A stretch of DNA of 64,000 nt from an uncultured Lachnospiraceae bacterium (GCA_910585625.1 CAJUFQ010000010.1:21441-85440); one strand, 5' to 3'; counted from the first letter of the stretch, positions 46,128 to 56,877 are shown. Notes: generated by a model not told the origin, from the letters alone. Numbers and translations: made by a program.

Positions 46128-47042
46128 CTAAGTCCTGCCCTTCTGCGTACATTCCAAAATCCGCAGATAATGGTTCGCTTCACGGAGGACATGGTCTGCC
46201 AACAGCGGAAGAATCACGGAACGTATCCCACAGCCCGTAATCCCTTCTGTTCCTGCTGTCTTAAACTGCTGGTACTGCTTTGTTGTCTCTAACGTTCTTG
46301 CCGTCAAGGTGACGCTCACCGCTTTCTGATCCTGTTTCCTTGCCTCTTCCAAAAGGCGGCAATAATCCCCGGCAAATTCATCGGCCGTTTCTATCAGCTC
46401 ACATTCCGTTGGATCCAGAAGTCCCCGGATGAACTGAGCATGTTCCATCATTATCCGATTCCAGAATACTTCCAGGTTTCTTAAGTCAGGCATAGAAATC
46501 CTGCCTCTCCTCTCAAGCTCAGAGATAATCTGACGGTACAGCTTTGCCTCCCGCAGAATGTGTTCAATCAGCAGAGGGTAGTTTGTCGTATAAAGCCTGC
46601 ATGACGTCATTTCCCTGAGAACCTCTTCCTTAAATGAAATCAATCCATTCAGCCTTTGCAGCATTTTCCGATTAAGCATCCTTACATGGGAAACGGTTTC
46701 CCTGTTTACCATTATGCAGCTTCCGGCAAGAAGCCGTTTTTCTGCCTCCGTGATTTTCATGTCTATCGGAATCCCTGTCAAATTACGCGTCTGACACTCC
46801 GCCTTTTGTGTAAATTCTGTTACAACCTCTCCTGAATTCAGAACCGATTCGCTCACGATACCGTCGGCAAGTTCCACCGTCCTTTGAAGCCCTGCTTCAA
46901 ATTCTTCCCGGAAGCGGTCTGCACGCTGTATAAACGCTTTTTCCTTTGACGGAAACCCAGCGAGCAGGAACAAAGAATGTTCTTTCATGATTCTTCCGAA
47001 AAAAAGATGTGTTTCTAATGATAATCTTACATATTCTCTCAT
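46128..47042 (-). CDS. DUF2935 domain protein (two repeats)
   Basis: F..RIMKEHSLF / FWNRIMMEHAQFIRGLLDP and PLL.EHILREA / PLLADHVLREA. Confidence 0.85.
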   Translation of the reverse strand: MREYVRLSLETHLFFGRIMKEHSLFLLAGFPSKEKAFIQRADRFREEFEAGLQRTVELADGIVSESVLNSGEVVTEFTQKAECQTRNLTGIPIDMKITEAEKRLLAGSCIMVNRETVSHVRMLNRKMLQRLNGLISFKEEVLREMTSCRLYTTNYPLLIEHILREAKLYRQIISELERRGRISMPDLRNLEVFWNRIMMEHAQFIRGLLDPTECELIETADEFAGDYCRLLEEARKQDQKAVSVTLTARTLETTKQYQQFKTAGTEGITGCGIRSVILPLLADHVLREANHYLRILECTQKGRT

Positions 47043-47406
47043 AACTTCGCATACCTTTTTAATTTAGATTACTTTATACTATATGCAAAGGATGACAAAA
47101 AGAGACAGCGCCCCTCTGATTTCCAGATATAGAATCTTTCTAAAGATATTGTTTCTCTAACCGCCGAGCCGTATTCGCTTGCAACCTGGCCGCATACCAG
47201 CGCAGAAAACCCCCGCAATCTTGGATTCACGGATGTTCCATTGTTCCCTTCCGCCAAATCAGGAAATCCAGATTTACCACCGTGGACAGGGAACATCTCC
47301 TGACACACATACCATAAGGATCCACCATATCCAGCGGAATCGGAGACACCCGCATATAAGTTCTTTTGCCGGTTCACCCAATATTCCTCTCTAATGTCCC
47401 ATATCT

Positions 47407-47634
47407 CTATGGAGCCAGATATTTTTCAACCACTGGCGCATATTCTTCCTTCCAGTCCTCAAACCGAAGCTGTAACGGATCAGACAGGTTCAGGCTGAAA
47501 ATCCCCATAAGGGATTTGGCATTAATCACATACTTTCCAGCCAAAAGCAACACATCTCCTTCCATCTGGCTCATATCATTGACAAATGCTTTGACAGTAT
47601 CAACAGATTGAAGAAGCAGCGGAAATGTTTTTAT
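47407..47634 (-). CDS. HPr-family small protein with ATA at the expected start
   Basis: (I)KTF.L.LQSVD.VK.FVN...GKYVINAKSLMGIFSL; GGAGG upstream. Confidence 0.6.
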   Translation of the reverse strand: MKTFPLLLQSVDTVKAFVNDMSQMEGDVLLLAGKYVINAKSLMGIFSLNLSDPLQLRFEDWKEEYAPVVEKYLAP

Positions 47635-47659
47635 GACCTTATAGTCCTCCGTATTGCCC

Positions 47660-48028
47660 CTGCCGCTCAAAATCAGCTGCTCAATCTCTCCTTTGTCAGG
47701 CATGGAGCGTAACGCCCCCTTTATAGGTTGTAACAATAGAAGCCGCTGCATTCGCAAATGTCAGCATCCTCTCCAAATCCGCCTCCTTTAAATCATCCAG
47801 GCCATGCTCCAGAACGAATCCCAATACCTCGGCGCAAAATGTATCGCCAGCGCCTGCCGTATCGATTGTCCTGTCACTTAAGAATAGTTTCCCACACGCT
47901 TTGCCGTCCAGATAGTATGCAAGGCTACCCTTGCTTCCTAAAGCCACATTGATAAGCCTCGCGCCTGACCTTTCTTTCATCAGCCGCACGCCTTCATCAT
48001 CTTCCCTAACATATGGCAGATTTGTCAT
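47660..48028 (-). pseudogene. PfkB-family sugar kinase C-terminal remnant with frameshift
   Basis: IDTAGAGDTF and FANAAASIVT; natural ending KGALRSMP is in another frame; N-terminus missing. Confidence 0.75.
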
Positions 48029-48243
48029 TTCCGCAAAGAAACGAAAATAACCCTACAATAACAGTTTAATTATTACCACATTTTCCCTCCCCATGCCATG
48101 ACAGAATAAAAAACAAGCTCTGTCCCCATCACCGAAAAACCCGCCAATGGAAACCAAGCCTGTTGATACGCTATGCCTGCCTGAAATGGACACCTTTATT
48201 ATAAATCTCTCGAAACACCTATTGCTGCTAACAGCTATGTATT

Positions 48244-48822
48244 TTATTGGAATATTTCTTCCAGCTTCCTGTCAATATCATCACGCTCTTGCATAGATAA
48301 ATTTTTGTTCTTCAACTTTTTCTGGAGATTTTTAAGCGTTTTTTTATTATCCTCGCTCAGCCTGCTGCACTTCGCCTCATACCATTCAACATTATCTTCC
48401 GCTTCTCTCATGCTTCCTTCCATATACTTTTTAAATTCATTTCTTGATATATCTTTCAGTTCCCTGTCTTCTTCATATATTTTATAAATTCCCCAGCCAA
48501 TCGCCGCGTGAAGCGTGGCCGTGGTAGCAGCATTGAAATATGAACCAAAAATGGGTATCAGGCTAACTCCAACTTTTAATGCCAGATTTCCCATAACAGC
48601 GCCAAGGACGACAGATGAAAAAGCCATCAGCGACGCGGTGTCCATGCGCTTGCCATATAACGCTGATAAGGAATATGCAAGCCCTATGGAAATAAGGGTA
48701 AGCCCTGTGGTATCTGCCAATGCCGGCCCTGCAATAGGAATGGCCGCTGTTGCGGCAGACCATGCTGCTGCTGCGGTTGAGAATGTGCCGATGATAACTG
48801 CTGCTTTATATTTCTTTTCCAT
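48244..48822 (-). CDS. Small membrane protein, DUF697-like
   Basis: AAIPIAG..AD and LIPIFG...NAA motifs; charged C-terminus; GGAGG RBS. Confidence 0.6.
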   Translation of the reverse strand: MEKKYKAAVIIGTFSTAAAAWSAATAAIPIAGPALADTTGLTLISIGLAYSLSALYGKRMDTASLMAFSSVVLGAVMGNLALKVGVSLIPIFGSYFNAATTATLHAAIGWGIYKIYEEDRELKDISRNEFKKYMEGSMREAEDNVEWYEAKCSRLSEDNKKTLKNLQKKLKNKNLSMQERDDIDRKLEEIFQ

Positions 48823-48884
48823 AAACATTTCCTCCTGCCTCATTTTAGATTGTAGCCATAGAATCGTTGTCTTCTATGTGTAAT

Positions 48885-49121
48885 TTAAAAAATATCTAAG
48901 GGTGAAAACCCAAATTCACGTAAATCGGCTGCCATCTGCGTAGTATACTCACTGACAGAATCTTGGAAAAATTCTTCTGGTCCCCCTGTATCAACAAGCC
49001 TGCCAATGATATCTCCAACTCCCCGCCCGATTATCCTTCCAAGATCCGGGCAACCAAACGCTGTACCGATTGCTCCCCCAATAAAACCTCCTGCCTGCTT
49101 ACACCCTGCTTTGATAATCAT
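48885..49121 (-). CDS. Small glycine-zipper-like protein
   Basis: GGFIGGAIG...GRIIGRGVGDIIG; AAGGGGG RBS. Confidence 0.55.
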   Translation of the reverse strand: MIIKAGCKQAGGFIGGAIGTAFGCPDLGRIIGRGVGDIIGRLVDTGGPEEFFQDSVSEYTTQMAADLREFGFSPLDIF

Positions 49122-49370
49122 GTGTTATATCCCCCTTTCTGTAACTCAGTTCGCTTATTTGATTTCATCTTTACTTAATATAAAAGCAAAGATATAATGT
49201 AAATAAAAATTATGTATGTTTGATTATGGATGTAATTATAAATTCAGCGTGTAAAAATGTCTATATTTAAATTTAATAAAGATTCTTACATTCATTAAGC
49301 GGTATGCATGATTCTTTTTAGAATTTTTTATCGCAAAAAGAATTTTTCAACAACGAGGAGGATTTATATT

Positions 49371-50447
49371 ATGGGGAATATAACAGAAGAAAACAGCATA
49401 AAACAACAAACCGAGGCTGCTGCGAAGAATTACTACCGGCTAGTAGCCCAGCGAATTAAACGCGCCATGCAAAGGAAAGAAATCAGCCAAAGCCTACTTT
49501 TGAAAAAATGTGAACAAAATGGTTATTTTATGAGCCAGTCCACGTTATCAAAAATATTGCAGGGAACTACGTCAATTTCCCTGATCAATGCGATTCAGAT
49601 ATGCAAGATATTAAAAGAAGATGTTGCAGATATGCTGTCTATGGATGAACATGATGTAATGCACGTAAGCAATATGGATTTGGATTCGCCGTCTCCTCTG
49701 ATTTACCGCGGAGACAGTCCCGTATTCCGGGCATACCTTGGAGAATACCATTGCTATTTTTTCTCGACGATATCAAATGAGGATTCTATCATTCATGGCA
49801 AGCTTACGTTGAAGCCTACAGAATCTGGCAGCCGTTGTATTGCCACTATGGTTTTGGACACTGGGAAAACAGATGAGGCCGGAAGCCCCATCCAAAAACG
49901 TTACGAAGGGGATATGATAATTTCCACTTCGATGAATGCAGCGTATTGCACATTATTTAACAAGGAAATCGGGGAAATCTGCTATTTTGTCTTTCGTTAT
50001 ACCCAAATCAATTATGAGAAATTAATGTGCCGCCTGGCCATCGTAATTACTGTCTCTGCCGGAGACAACCGCCTTCCCACAGCACACAGAATGCTGCTTT
50101 GCAGAAAGGAATTGGGGAGCATCCTTGACAATTATCTTTCTGGCCAATTACATTTAAATGGCTCGGATATCCTGTTGGAGCCGGAAAACGTGAAACTTAT
50201 GAAAGACGATCCCAATATGCCTCAATGGTTTAGAGATAATTTCAGTCAATTTATATCCGAAACCACACTACAATATTACCGGGCGCAGGAATTGATTGTG
50301 CGGGCCTCCCACGCGCCAAGAAAGGATAAAGACGCGTTTATATGCCTGTTGCGGAAATATTCCGCTGCCCCTAAGTATACGAAAATTGGCATAAAGGCAG
50401 ATGAGTTTGTCTATGAGTTATTAAAAAATTATGAAAGCGAAACATAA
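49371..50447 (+). CDS. XRE-family HTH protein with large C-terminal domain
   Basis: ISQ..L....SQSTLSKILQG...SL...I.IC..L; GAGGAGG RBS before ATG 49371. Confidence 0.75.
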   Translation: MGNITEENSIKQQTEAAAKNYYRLVAQRIKRAMQRKEISQSLLLKKCEQNGYFMSQSTLSKILQGTTSISLINAIQICKILKEDVADMLSMDEHDVMHVSNMDLDSPSPLIYRGDSPVFRAYLGEYHCYFFSTISNEDSIIHGKLTLKPTESGSRCIATMVLDTGKTDEAGSPIQKRYEGDMIISTSMNAAYCTLFNKEIGEICYFVFRYTQINYEKLMCRLAIVITVSAGDNRLPTAHRMLLCRKELGSILDNYLSGQLHLNGSDILLEPENVKLMKDDPNMPQWFRDNFSQFISETTLQYYRAQELIVRASHAPRKDKDAFICLLRKYSAAPKYTKIGIKADEFVYELLKNYESET

Positions 50448-50478
50448 TTTTCTCCCTTGCAAACATAATATTACAGAA

Positions 50479-50518
50479 AAAAGGAGAAGCCCCGGCCTCG
50501 CCAGACACTTCTCCTTTT
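50479..50518. terminator. Probable bidirectional terminator
   Basis: AAAAGGAGAAG / CTTCTCCTTTT stem between convergent genes. Confidence 0.7.
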
Positions 50519-50568
50519 CCGTATTGCCATCTGCGCCCCATGAACGCTATCCTTTTTCTCTCCCGATC

Positions 50569-51486
50569 CTATTTCGTGACTAATTCCACTTCTACCGGCA
50601 AGGATTTCTCCACTTCTTCCCCGGCAATCAGGCGGATTGCCGTAAGGATTGCCGTCTCACCCATCAATTCCGGCTTCTGCGCAACAGTTGCCAGCATCTT
50701 TCCGGCTTTGACTTCATTTACAGCATCATCTGTGGCGTCGAAGCCCACGACTTTAATATCCTTTCCGCTTGCCGCGATGGCCTGCAACGCTCCCAGGGCC
50801 ATCTCATCATTGTGTGCAAATACGCCCTGGATGGATCCGTCTGACTGGAGTACATTTTCCATAACCGACATGCCTTCCGCACGGTCGAAATTAGCGCTCT
50901 GGCTTGCTACCACGTTAAGATTCTCGTCTGCTGCCTCATGGAATCCTGCGCCACGGTCAATCGTCGCAGATGCGCCGGGCACTCCCTGCAGCTCCGCTAC
51001 TTTTGCGCCTTCGCCAATCTGTTCCATCAGATATTCCGTAGCCATTTTCGCACCAGCCACGTTATCTGACGCAATCTGGCAGTCCACGTCAACGCCATTT
51101 ACCACACGGTCTACCGAAATCACTTTGATTCCCTGGGAAATTGCGTTCTGTACCGCAGGAGCCACTGCGTCGGAATCAACCGGATTCACTATCAGCACGC
51201 TCACGTTTTTCGAAATCAAGTCCTCAATGTCATTCTGCTGCTTTGCACTGTCGTCCCCAGCGTCTGCAACTGCCAGACTTACGCCTTTTTCTTCTGCTGC
51301 AGCCTTTGCTCCCTCCGCAAGGGACACGAAAAATGGATTGTTCAGCGTGGAGACCGAAAGCCCGATGGAACCGTTTCCAGCGTTTTCCGCTGCTTCCCCC
51401 TCGCCATCGATAGTGATTGCGTTACAACCAGCCAGGCTGAATACCATACACAATGCCAGCAGGATACTTGTTATTCTTTTCATCAT
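50569..51486 (-). CDS. rbsB: Ribose ABC transporter substrate-binding lipoprotein
   Basis: Lipobox LAGC; STLNNPFF, ANFDR, FAHNDEMALG, GFD. Confidence 0.93.
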   Translation of the reverse strand: MMKRITSILLALCMVFSLAGCNAITIDGEGEAAENAGNGSIGLSVSTLNNPFFVSLAEGAKAAAEEKGVSLAVADAGDDSAKQQNDIEDLISKNVSVLIVNPVDSDAVAPAVQNAISQGIKVISVDRVVNGVDVDCQIASDNVAGAKMATEYLMEQIGEGAKVAELQGVPGASATIDRGAGFHEAADENLNVVASQSANFDRAEGMSVMENVLQSDGSIQGVFAHNDEMALGALQAIAASGKDIKVVGFDATDDAVNEVKAGKMLATVAQKPELMGETAILTAIRLIAGEEVEKSLPVEVELVTK

Positions 51487-51529
51487 CTATTTTCTCCTTT
51501 CCCTATCTGTTCTGAAACTGTCGTGCAGC

Positions 51530-52471
51530 TTATCTCTTGCGGTCTGACAATACCGCAACCAGGATTACGAATCCTTTAATCACGTCCTGATAATAGGATG
51601 ATACGCCAAGGATGTTAAGGCCGTTGTTCAGCACCGCGATAATCAGCACACCAATCAATGTCCCATAAATCTTTCCCCGGCCACCGCTCATACTTGTTCC
51701 GCCCAGGGCTACGGCCGCGATTGCATCAAGTTCGTATCCGTCTCCAAGCGTAGGCTGTGCGGAGCCAAGCCTGGACAGCAGGATCAGGCCAGCCAATGCG
51801 GACATGAAACCGGAAATTGCATACACAATAATCTTCGTCTTATTGATATTTATTCCTGCAAGCTTGGCGCACTTCCAGTTGCTTCCAGTCGCATAAACCG
51901 CACGCCCGAAAGTAGTCTTGTTCAGCAGGAAATAAAATCCGATAAAAATCAAAACCAACAGGATTACCGGGATGGGGATACCATAGAAGTTGCCTCTTCC
52001 CACCAGTTTCAGCACAAAGCTGTCTCCCAGGTTAGAGATTGGTTTTCCGCCGGTAAAAATCATCGTCGCGCCACGGTAAACCGTCATTGTAATCAATGTT
52101 GCGATAAATGCCTGCAGTCTTCCTTTCGTTACCAGGAACCCGCTGACGGCGCCGAGAGCCGTTCCGATTAACAAGGCCAGAAGCATTGCCGCCCCAGCCG
52201 GGACTCCTGCCGAAATCATGCCTGCGCAAAGTACGGTACTCAATGCCAGGACTGAACCTACAGATAAGTCAATAGCGTCTGTTAAGATAACGCAAGTCAT
52301 GCCAAATGCAATCAGCCCATTAATGGATGACTGGCGCAGCAGAGATAAAAAGTTGCTTCCCGTCCTGAACTCAGGGCTTATGATGCTGATTCCGACAACC
52401 AGCAGTAACAGCGCGATGAGGGCGCCCAGATCCTGCACGTAATCTGTGATTTTTTTCTTGTTTGCTTCCAT
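51530..52471 (-). CDS. rbsC: Ribose ABC transporter permease
   Basis: IDLSVG, YELDAIAAVALGGTS..GG.G. Confidence 0.93.
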   Translation of the reverse strand: MEANKKKITDYVQDLGALIALLLLVVGISIISPEFRTGSNFLSLLRQSSINGLIAFGMTCVILTDAIDLSVGSVLALSTVLCAGMISAGVPAGAAMLLALLIGTALGAVSGFLVTKGRLQAFIATLITMTVYRGATMIFTGGKPISNLGDSFVLKLVGRGNFYGIPIPVILLVLIFIGFYFLLNKTTFGRAVYATGSNWKCAKLAGININKTKIIVYAISGFMSALAGLILLSRLGSAQPTLGDGYELDAIAAVALGGTSMSGGRGKIYGTLIGVLIIAVLNNGLNILGVSSYYQDVIKGFVILVAVLSDRKR

Positions 52472-53955
52472 TAAATCATACCTCCCGTTGCTAATGTCAT
52501 GATATTTTCCTGGTTTGCTTCTTCTTTGTAAATAATTCCTCTGACGACGCCCTCACGGACGACCATCACCCGGTCGCTCATGCCAAGCACCTCGGGCAGT
52601 TCGGAGGATACCATGATGATGGCCACCCCTTTTGCCGCCAAATCGTTGACGATACTGTAAATTTCCTTTTTTGCGCCGATGTCCACGCCTCGGGTCGGCT
52701 CATCCAGGATCAATATTTTCGGTTCCGTGTATACCCATTTGGCAAATACCACTTTCTGCTGGTTGCCGCCGCTTAAATTATTACACTCATGGGATGGGCC
52801 AAAACAGCGGATTCGAAGTTCCTTGATTCCCTTTTGAACCAAATCCCTTTCTTTCTTGCGGTCTAACACGTGGTTCTTGGAAATGATCGGCAGATTGGCA
52901 AGCGCGATATTCTTCTCAATGCTTTCTTCCAGCATCAGCCCTTCTACTTTCCGGTCTTCCGTAATGAAGCCGATGCCATTTTTCATTGCCTGAATCGGGG
53001 ACTTAATCTGCACTTCTTTGCCGTTAATCTCAATTTTCCCGGACTCATAGGGCAGATTGCCAAAAATGGCCTGCATGATTTCTGTCCTTCCCGCGCCCAT
53101 AAGCCCGGATACGCCCAGGACTTCCCCTGCTTTGACCTCGAACCCGACGTCCTCAAACACGCCTTTCTTGGTGAGGCCGCTGACCTTGAGGACTGTATCC
53201 CCAATCTTACAGTCCCGCTGCGGATAACGCTCTCCGATTTCACGCCCAATCATCAGCTTGACAATCTCATTCATGTCAGTCTTCGGGATGTCCCTGGTCC
53301 CCACATAGGTACCGTCCCGCAGTACGCTGATCCTGTCGCACAGCTCAAATATCTCCTCCATCCGATGGGAAATATACACAATGGAAACCCCCGATTTGCG
53401 CAGCGACTGGATGACCTCAAACAGCACGACAGTCTCGCTCTGTGTCAGGGCTGCCGTAGGCTCATCCATGATGATGACTTTCGCATCCACCATCAAGGCT
53501 TTGCAGATTTCAATCATCTGCTGCTGTCCCACAGACAGATTGGACATGACCTCTCCCGGATCGATCTCGACGCCCAGCCGCCCCAGAGCTTCTTTGGCTT
53601 TTTTCCGCATGGCTTTCTGGTCGCAGAATCCGAAACGGCTCTTAATCTCTTTCCCCATAAACAGGTTCTCTTCTACCGTCAGGTCAAACAATACGTTCAG
53701 TTCCTGGTGGATGAACACAATCCCTGCTTTCTCAGCTTCCTGGGGATTCTTGTAATCCACCTCTGTGCCGTCTACAATAACCGTACCATTGTCTTTGGTG
53801 TAGACGCCCGTTAAAATCTTCATCAAAGTACTTTTCCCAGCCCCGTTTTCTCCCATGAGCGCATGGACCTCCCCATGATCCAGAACAAAACCGGCATCCT
53901 TTAGTACCTGATTCGTTCCGAAGGATTTGTCGATTCCCTTCATCTCAATCTGCAT
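52471..53955 (-). CDS. rbsA: Ribose ABC transporter ATP-binding protein
   Basis: GENGAGKST, two ABC domains, LSGGNQQK, DEPTRGVDIGAK. Confidence 0.95.
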   Translation of the reverse strand: MQIEMKGIDKSFGTNQVLKDAGFVLDHGEVHALMGENGAGKSTLMKILTGVYTKDNGTVIVDGTEVDYKNPQEAEKAGIVFIHQELNVLFDLTVEENLFMGKEIKSRFGFCDQKAMRKKAKEALGRLGVEIDPGEVMSNLSVGQQQMIEICKALMVDAKVIIMDEPTAALTQSETVVLFEVIQSLRKSGVSIVYISHRMEEIFELCDRISVLRDGTYVGTRDIPKTDMNEIVKLMIGREIGERYPQRDCKIGDTVLKVSGLTKKGVFEDVGFEVKAGEVLGVSGLMGAGRTEIMQAIFGNLPYESGKIEINGKEVQIKSPIQAMKNGIGFITEDRKVEGLMLEESIEKNIALANLPIISKNHVLDRKKERDLVQKGIKELRIRCFGPSHECNNLSGGNQQKVVFAKWVYTEPKILILDEPTRGVDIGAKKEIYSIVNDLAAKGVAIIMVSSELPEVLGMSDRVMVVREGVVRGIIYKEEANQENIMTLATGGMI

Positions 53956-54008
53956 CTGTCTTCCTCCCTTTTCTATTTAATAATTTCCCGGAATCTCCAT
54001 GGAAGCGT

Positions 54009-54416
54009 TCAGAACAGACATGCGGACTGCAGGATGATGTTTGCATATGGCGTCGTCTCCCCTGTGCGGATTACCGCCTTGCATGCCTTTGTCCGTGCCT
54101 TCAGCTCTGAATGGGAAATATATTCCATCTCGCATTCTGTGTCCATTTCATTCACAAGGGCTAAGATTTCTTCCAGAACGCCTGGGTTCTTCTCCCGGAT
54201 TTCCTCTGCAAGGACTACCTTTTCTATCTTCATCTCTTTTGCGACTTCTCTCAGCACTTCCATAAAGGATGGGACTCCCAATTTTAACGCCAGGTCAATG
54301 CGCTCCGTCTCATCTGGGATTGGAAGGCCGCAGTCCCCCACTGCCAGAGTGTCTGTATGCCCCATGTAGGATAATACCCTTGAAATATCTGCGTTTATGA
54401 TGCCGTTCCTTTTCAT
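54009..54416 (-). CDS. rbsD: D-ribose pyranase
   Basis: MGHTD...D.GLPIP, RTGETTPYANIIL. Confidence 0.95.
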   Translation of the reverse strand: MKRNGIINADISRVLSYMGHTDTLAVGDCGLPIPDETERIDLALKLGVPSFMEVLREVAKEMKIEKVVLAEEIREKNPGVLEEILALVNEMDTECEMEYISHSELKARTKACKAVIRTGETTPYANIILQSACLF

Positions 54417-54420
54417 CCTC

Positions 54421-55311
54421 TTACTCCTCCATCGCTTTTCTTACTTCATCGCGGGACGGCATTCCGCCCTGCGCCCCAAATTTCTCCGTAGACAGACCGG
54501 CCGCCGTATTGGCAAATGCCAGGGCTTTCGCAATATCCATCCCTTCCGTAATCGCTACCGTAAACGCTCCGTTTAAAGTATCCCCAGCTCCGGTGGTATC
54601 TACAACCTTCGCTTTCCTTGCAGGCACCAGGATTACCTCCCCGCTCTCAAGGCATGTGCTGACGCCTCTGGATCCCTGGGTGATTACCAGTTTTTCAGGA
54701 TGCTTCTTCATCATATCTTCGAAAGAAATATCCTCGCCAAACAGGATAACAGCTTCGTGTTCGTTCGGCGTCAGGTATGTGACTTTCTCCAGGATCTCTT
54801 GTTTTACCGGTCGTGCAGGTCCCGGGTTCAAGACTACCTTCACACCGTTCCGGCAGCAAAGCTCAATCACATATTCAACGGTCTCCTGTGGTATTTCATG
54901 CTGCAGCAGTACAATCTCACATTCCAGGAGGGAATCCTTCACCTCGTTCACATAGTCAATGTTGACGTCGTCGTTGGTTCCCGCGACAACGACGATTGTA
55001 TTGTCATTGTCCCCGACTGTAATCATTGCCAGCCCCGTCGGCTTCCCCGGCACTGTTTTGATGCATTTTGTCTCAACGCCCGTTTCCTGCATATTTTTTA
55101 CAAGGCTTGCCCCCGCAGCGTCATTTCCCACGCACCCGAACATCTCAACATCAGCGCCAAGTTTAGCCATGGCAACAGCCTGGTTAGCCCCCTTTCCTCC
55201 TGGGATGTACTTCAGGTCCCCGCCCTTCACCGTTTCACCTTTGAGAGGAATCCGTTCCGCTTTCACCGTCATATCCATATTGATACTTCCGACTACTCCA
55301 ATCTTACCCAT
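54421..55311 (-). CDS. rbsK: Ribokinase
   Basis: GSINMD, GGKGANQAVA, PNEHE, DTTGAGD. Confidence 0.95.
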   Translation of the reverse strand: MGKIGVVGSINMDMTVKAERIPLKGETVKGGDLKYIPGGKGANQAVAMAKLGADVEMFGCVGNDAAGASLVKNMQETGVETKCIKTVPGKPTGLAMITVGDNDNTIVVVAGTNDDVNIDYVNEVKDSLLECEIVLLQHEIPQETVEYVIELCCRNGVKVVLNPGPARPVKQEILEKVTYLTPNEHEAVILFGEDISFEDMMKKHPEKLVITQGSRGVSTCLESGEVILVPARKAKVVDTTGAGDTLNGAFTVAITEGMDIAKALAFANTAAGLSTEKFGAQGGMPSRDEVRKAMEE

Positions 55312-55683
55312 AGCTCTTCATCTCCTTTTCAAAACTTTGTAATTCACATTATAAACATTTATATAAAAGTTTCAATAGTTTTTTGTAATTATTTTAGTGA
55401 TTATCTGTATTTCGTATAATTTATACAGTTTATAACATCATTTTTTGTCTGTTTTTACCAAAACGCTTTTCTTCCAGCTTTAGTTTTCATTTCTTCCCAT
55501 TCCATCTCGCTATAAATAAAATCTAAAACTTTTATAAATATTTTTTATATATTATTTTTAATAATGAATAATCTATCAAGTGCATTTTGCCCAGGAAAAA
55601 GGGCAAAAAAATAGAACCTCCGTATCTTTCTCCATACATCAGTCCTATATCATGAGATAAACACGCCTGTGCTATCGCCCATA

Positions 55684-56688
55684 TCAACCATTCAGCTCTT
55701 TGACGCTTCCGCGTTCCACGAATTCTGCGCAGACTTGGATTTTCACTTTAGCTTCGCTGTTCCTGCCATCGTCAGACAAAAGTTCCCGCACCGCCCTTGC
55801 ACCCAGCTCCTGCTTATATACATGGACGGTGGAAAGCGGCGGGTCTGATACGATTCCATAAGACACGTCATCAAAGCCAATGACGGAAATATCCTCGGGA
55901 ACCTGGTAGCCGCACTCTTTGATTGCCTGCATACTGCCAATAGCAATCACATCGTTGTCTGCAAAAAACGCCGTCGGCAGTTCTTTGGCGCTGCCAAGGT
56001 ATTCCTTCATCTTCTGATACGCAGTCTCAATCTTGGTCCCAACCGTCGCAATGTATTCCGGCCTGACCGGGTATCCATGTTGGTTCATCACCTGATAATA
56101 ACCTTTTTCCCGTGAGCGGAAAGCTTGTATCCGGGATTCCCCGCGCAAATAACCGATGTTTGTGTGCCCTTTCCCGACCAAATATTCCATGGCTTCCACA
56201 ACTGCCTCCGTATCGTTAATCAGCACGCTGTCAAACGCATATTTCTCGCTACGCCCGTCTAATAATATGATTCTGTTTTTTGCCTTGGCATAAGGTTCAT
56301 AGTCTTCTTCCAGCATCTCCGTCCCCAAGAGTATGACCGCGCTCTGCATATCTGTCAGGATGTCTGCAATCCGTTCCTGGTAATCCTCATCGTGAATATC
56401 CACATAACAGAACACCATTTCATACCCCATAAGCTTCGCCTGATGCTCCACCCCTTCAATCACAGCCGGGTGGAAAAAACTTTCATCAATAATCCGCCCG
56501 TCCCTGCGGAATATCACAAACCGGATTTTCGTAATGTCCTCCCCCATGCGGTAGCCAAGTTTCTGGGCGGCGCTGAGGATTTTCTGAGCAGTCTCTTTGT
56601 TTACCCCTTTTTTTCGGTTCAGCGCATTTGACACCGTGGACATAGAAAACCCGGTATCTTCACTGATTTTACGTATGCTTACCTTCAT
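55684..56688 (-). CDS. LacI family regulator, probable ribose operon repressor
   Basis: HTH (IRKIS...GFS.STVSNALN), VPEDISVIGFDD, PPLSTV; adjacent to rbsK. Confidence 0.88.
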   Translation of the reverse strand: MKVSIRKISEDTGFSMSTVSNALNRKKGVNKETAQKILSAAQKLGYRMGEDITKIRFVIFRRDGRIIDESFFHPAVIEGVEHQAKLMGYEMVFCYVDIHDEDYQERIADILTDMQSAVILLGTEMLEEDYEPYAKAKNRIILLDGRSEKYAFDSVLINDTEAVVEAMEYLVGKGHTNIGYLRGESRIQAFRSREKGYYQVMNQHGYPVRPEYIATVGTKIETAYQKMKEYLGSAKELPTAFFADNDVIAIGSMQAIKECGYQVPEDISVIGFDDVSYGIVSDPPLSTVHVYKQELGARAVRELLSDDGRNSEAKVKIQVCAEFVERGSVKELNG

Positions 56689-56877
56689 CGCTTCTCTAGC
56701 CTCCTAAATGCCATCCGGCACGTCGATTGCTGCCGGCGTGACATAATTATAAATCCATTTACTGAATACCATTATATCATATCCGAAAAAAATCCGTACA
56801 TAAAAATCTAAAATTTTTGTAAATTTTTTACAACAAGCCCACTTCAACTCCCCTATCCACTCAACCTTGAGGAGGAT

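Noticed and set aside
47060..47110. SigE/SigK promoter for DUF2935 (CATATAGT on the minus strand)
   Set aside because: -10-like match only; no convincing -35.
50540..53814. Long plus-strand ORFs (335 aa and 314 aa)
   Set aside because: Antisense shadows of rbsB and rbsA.
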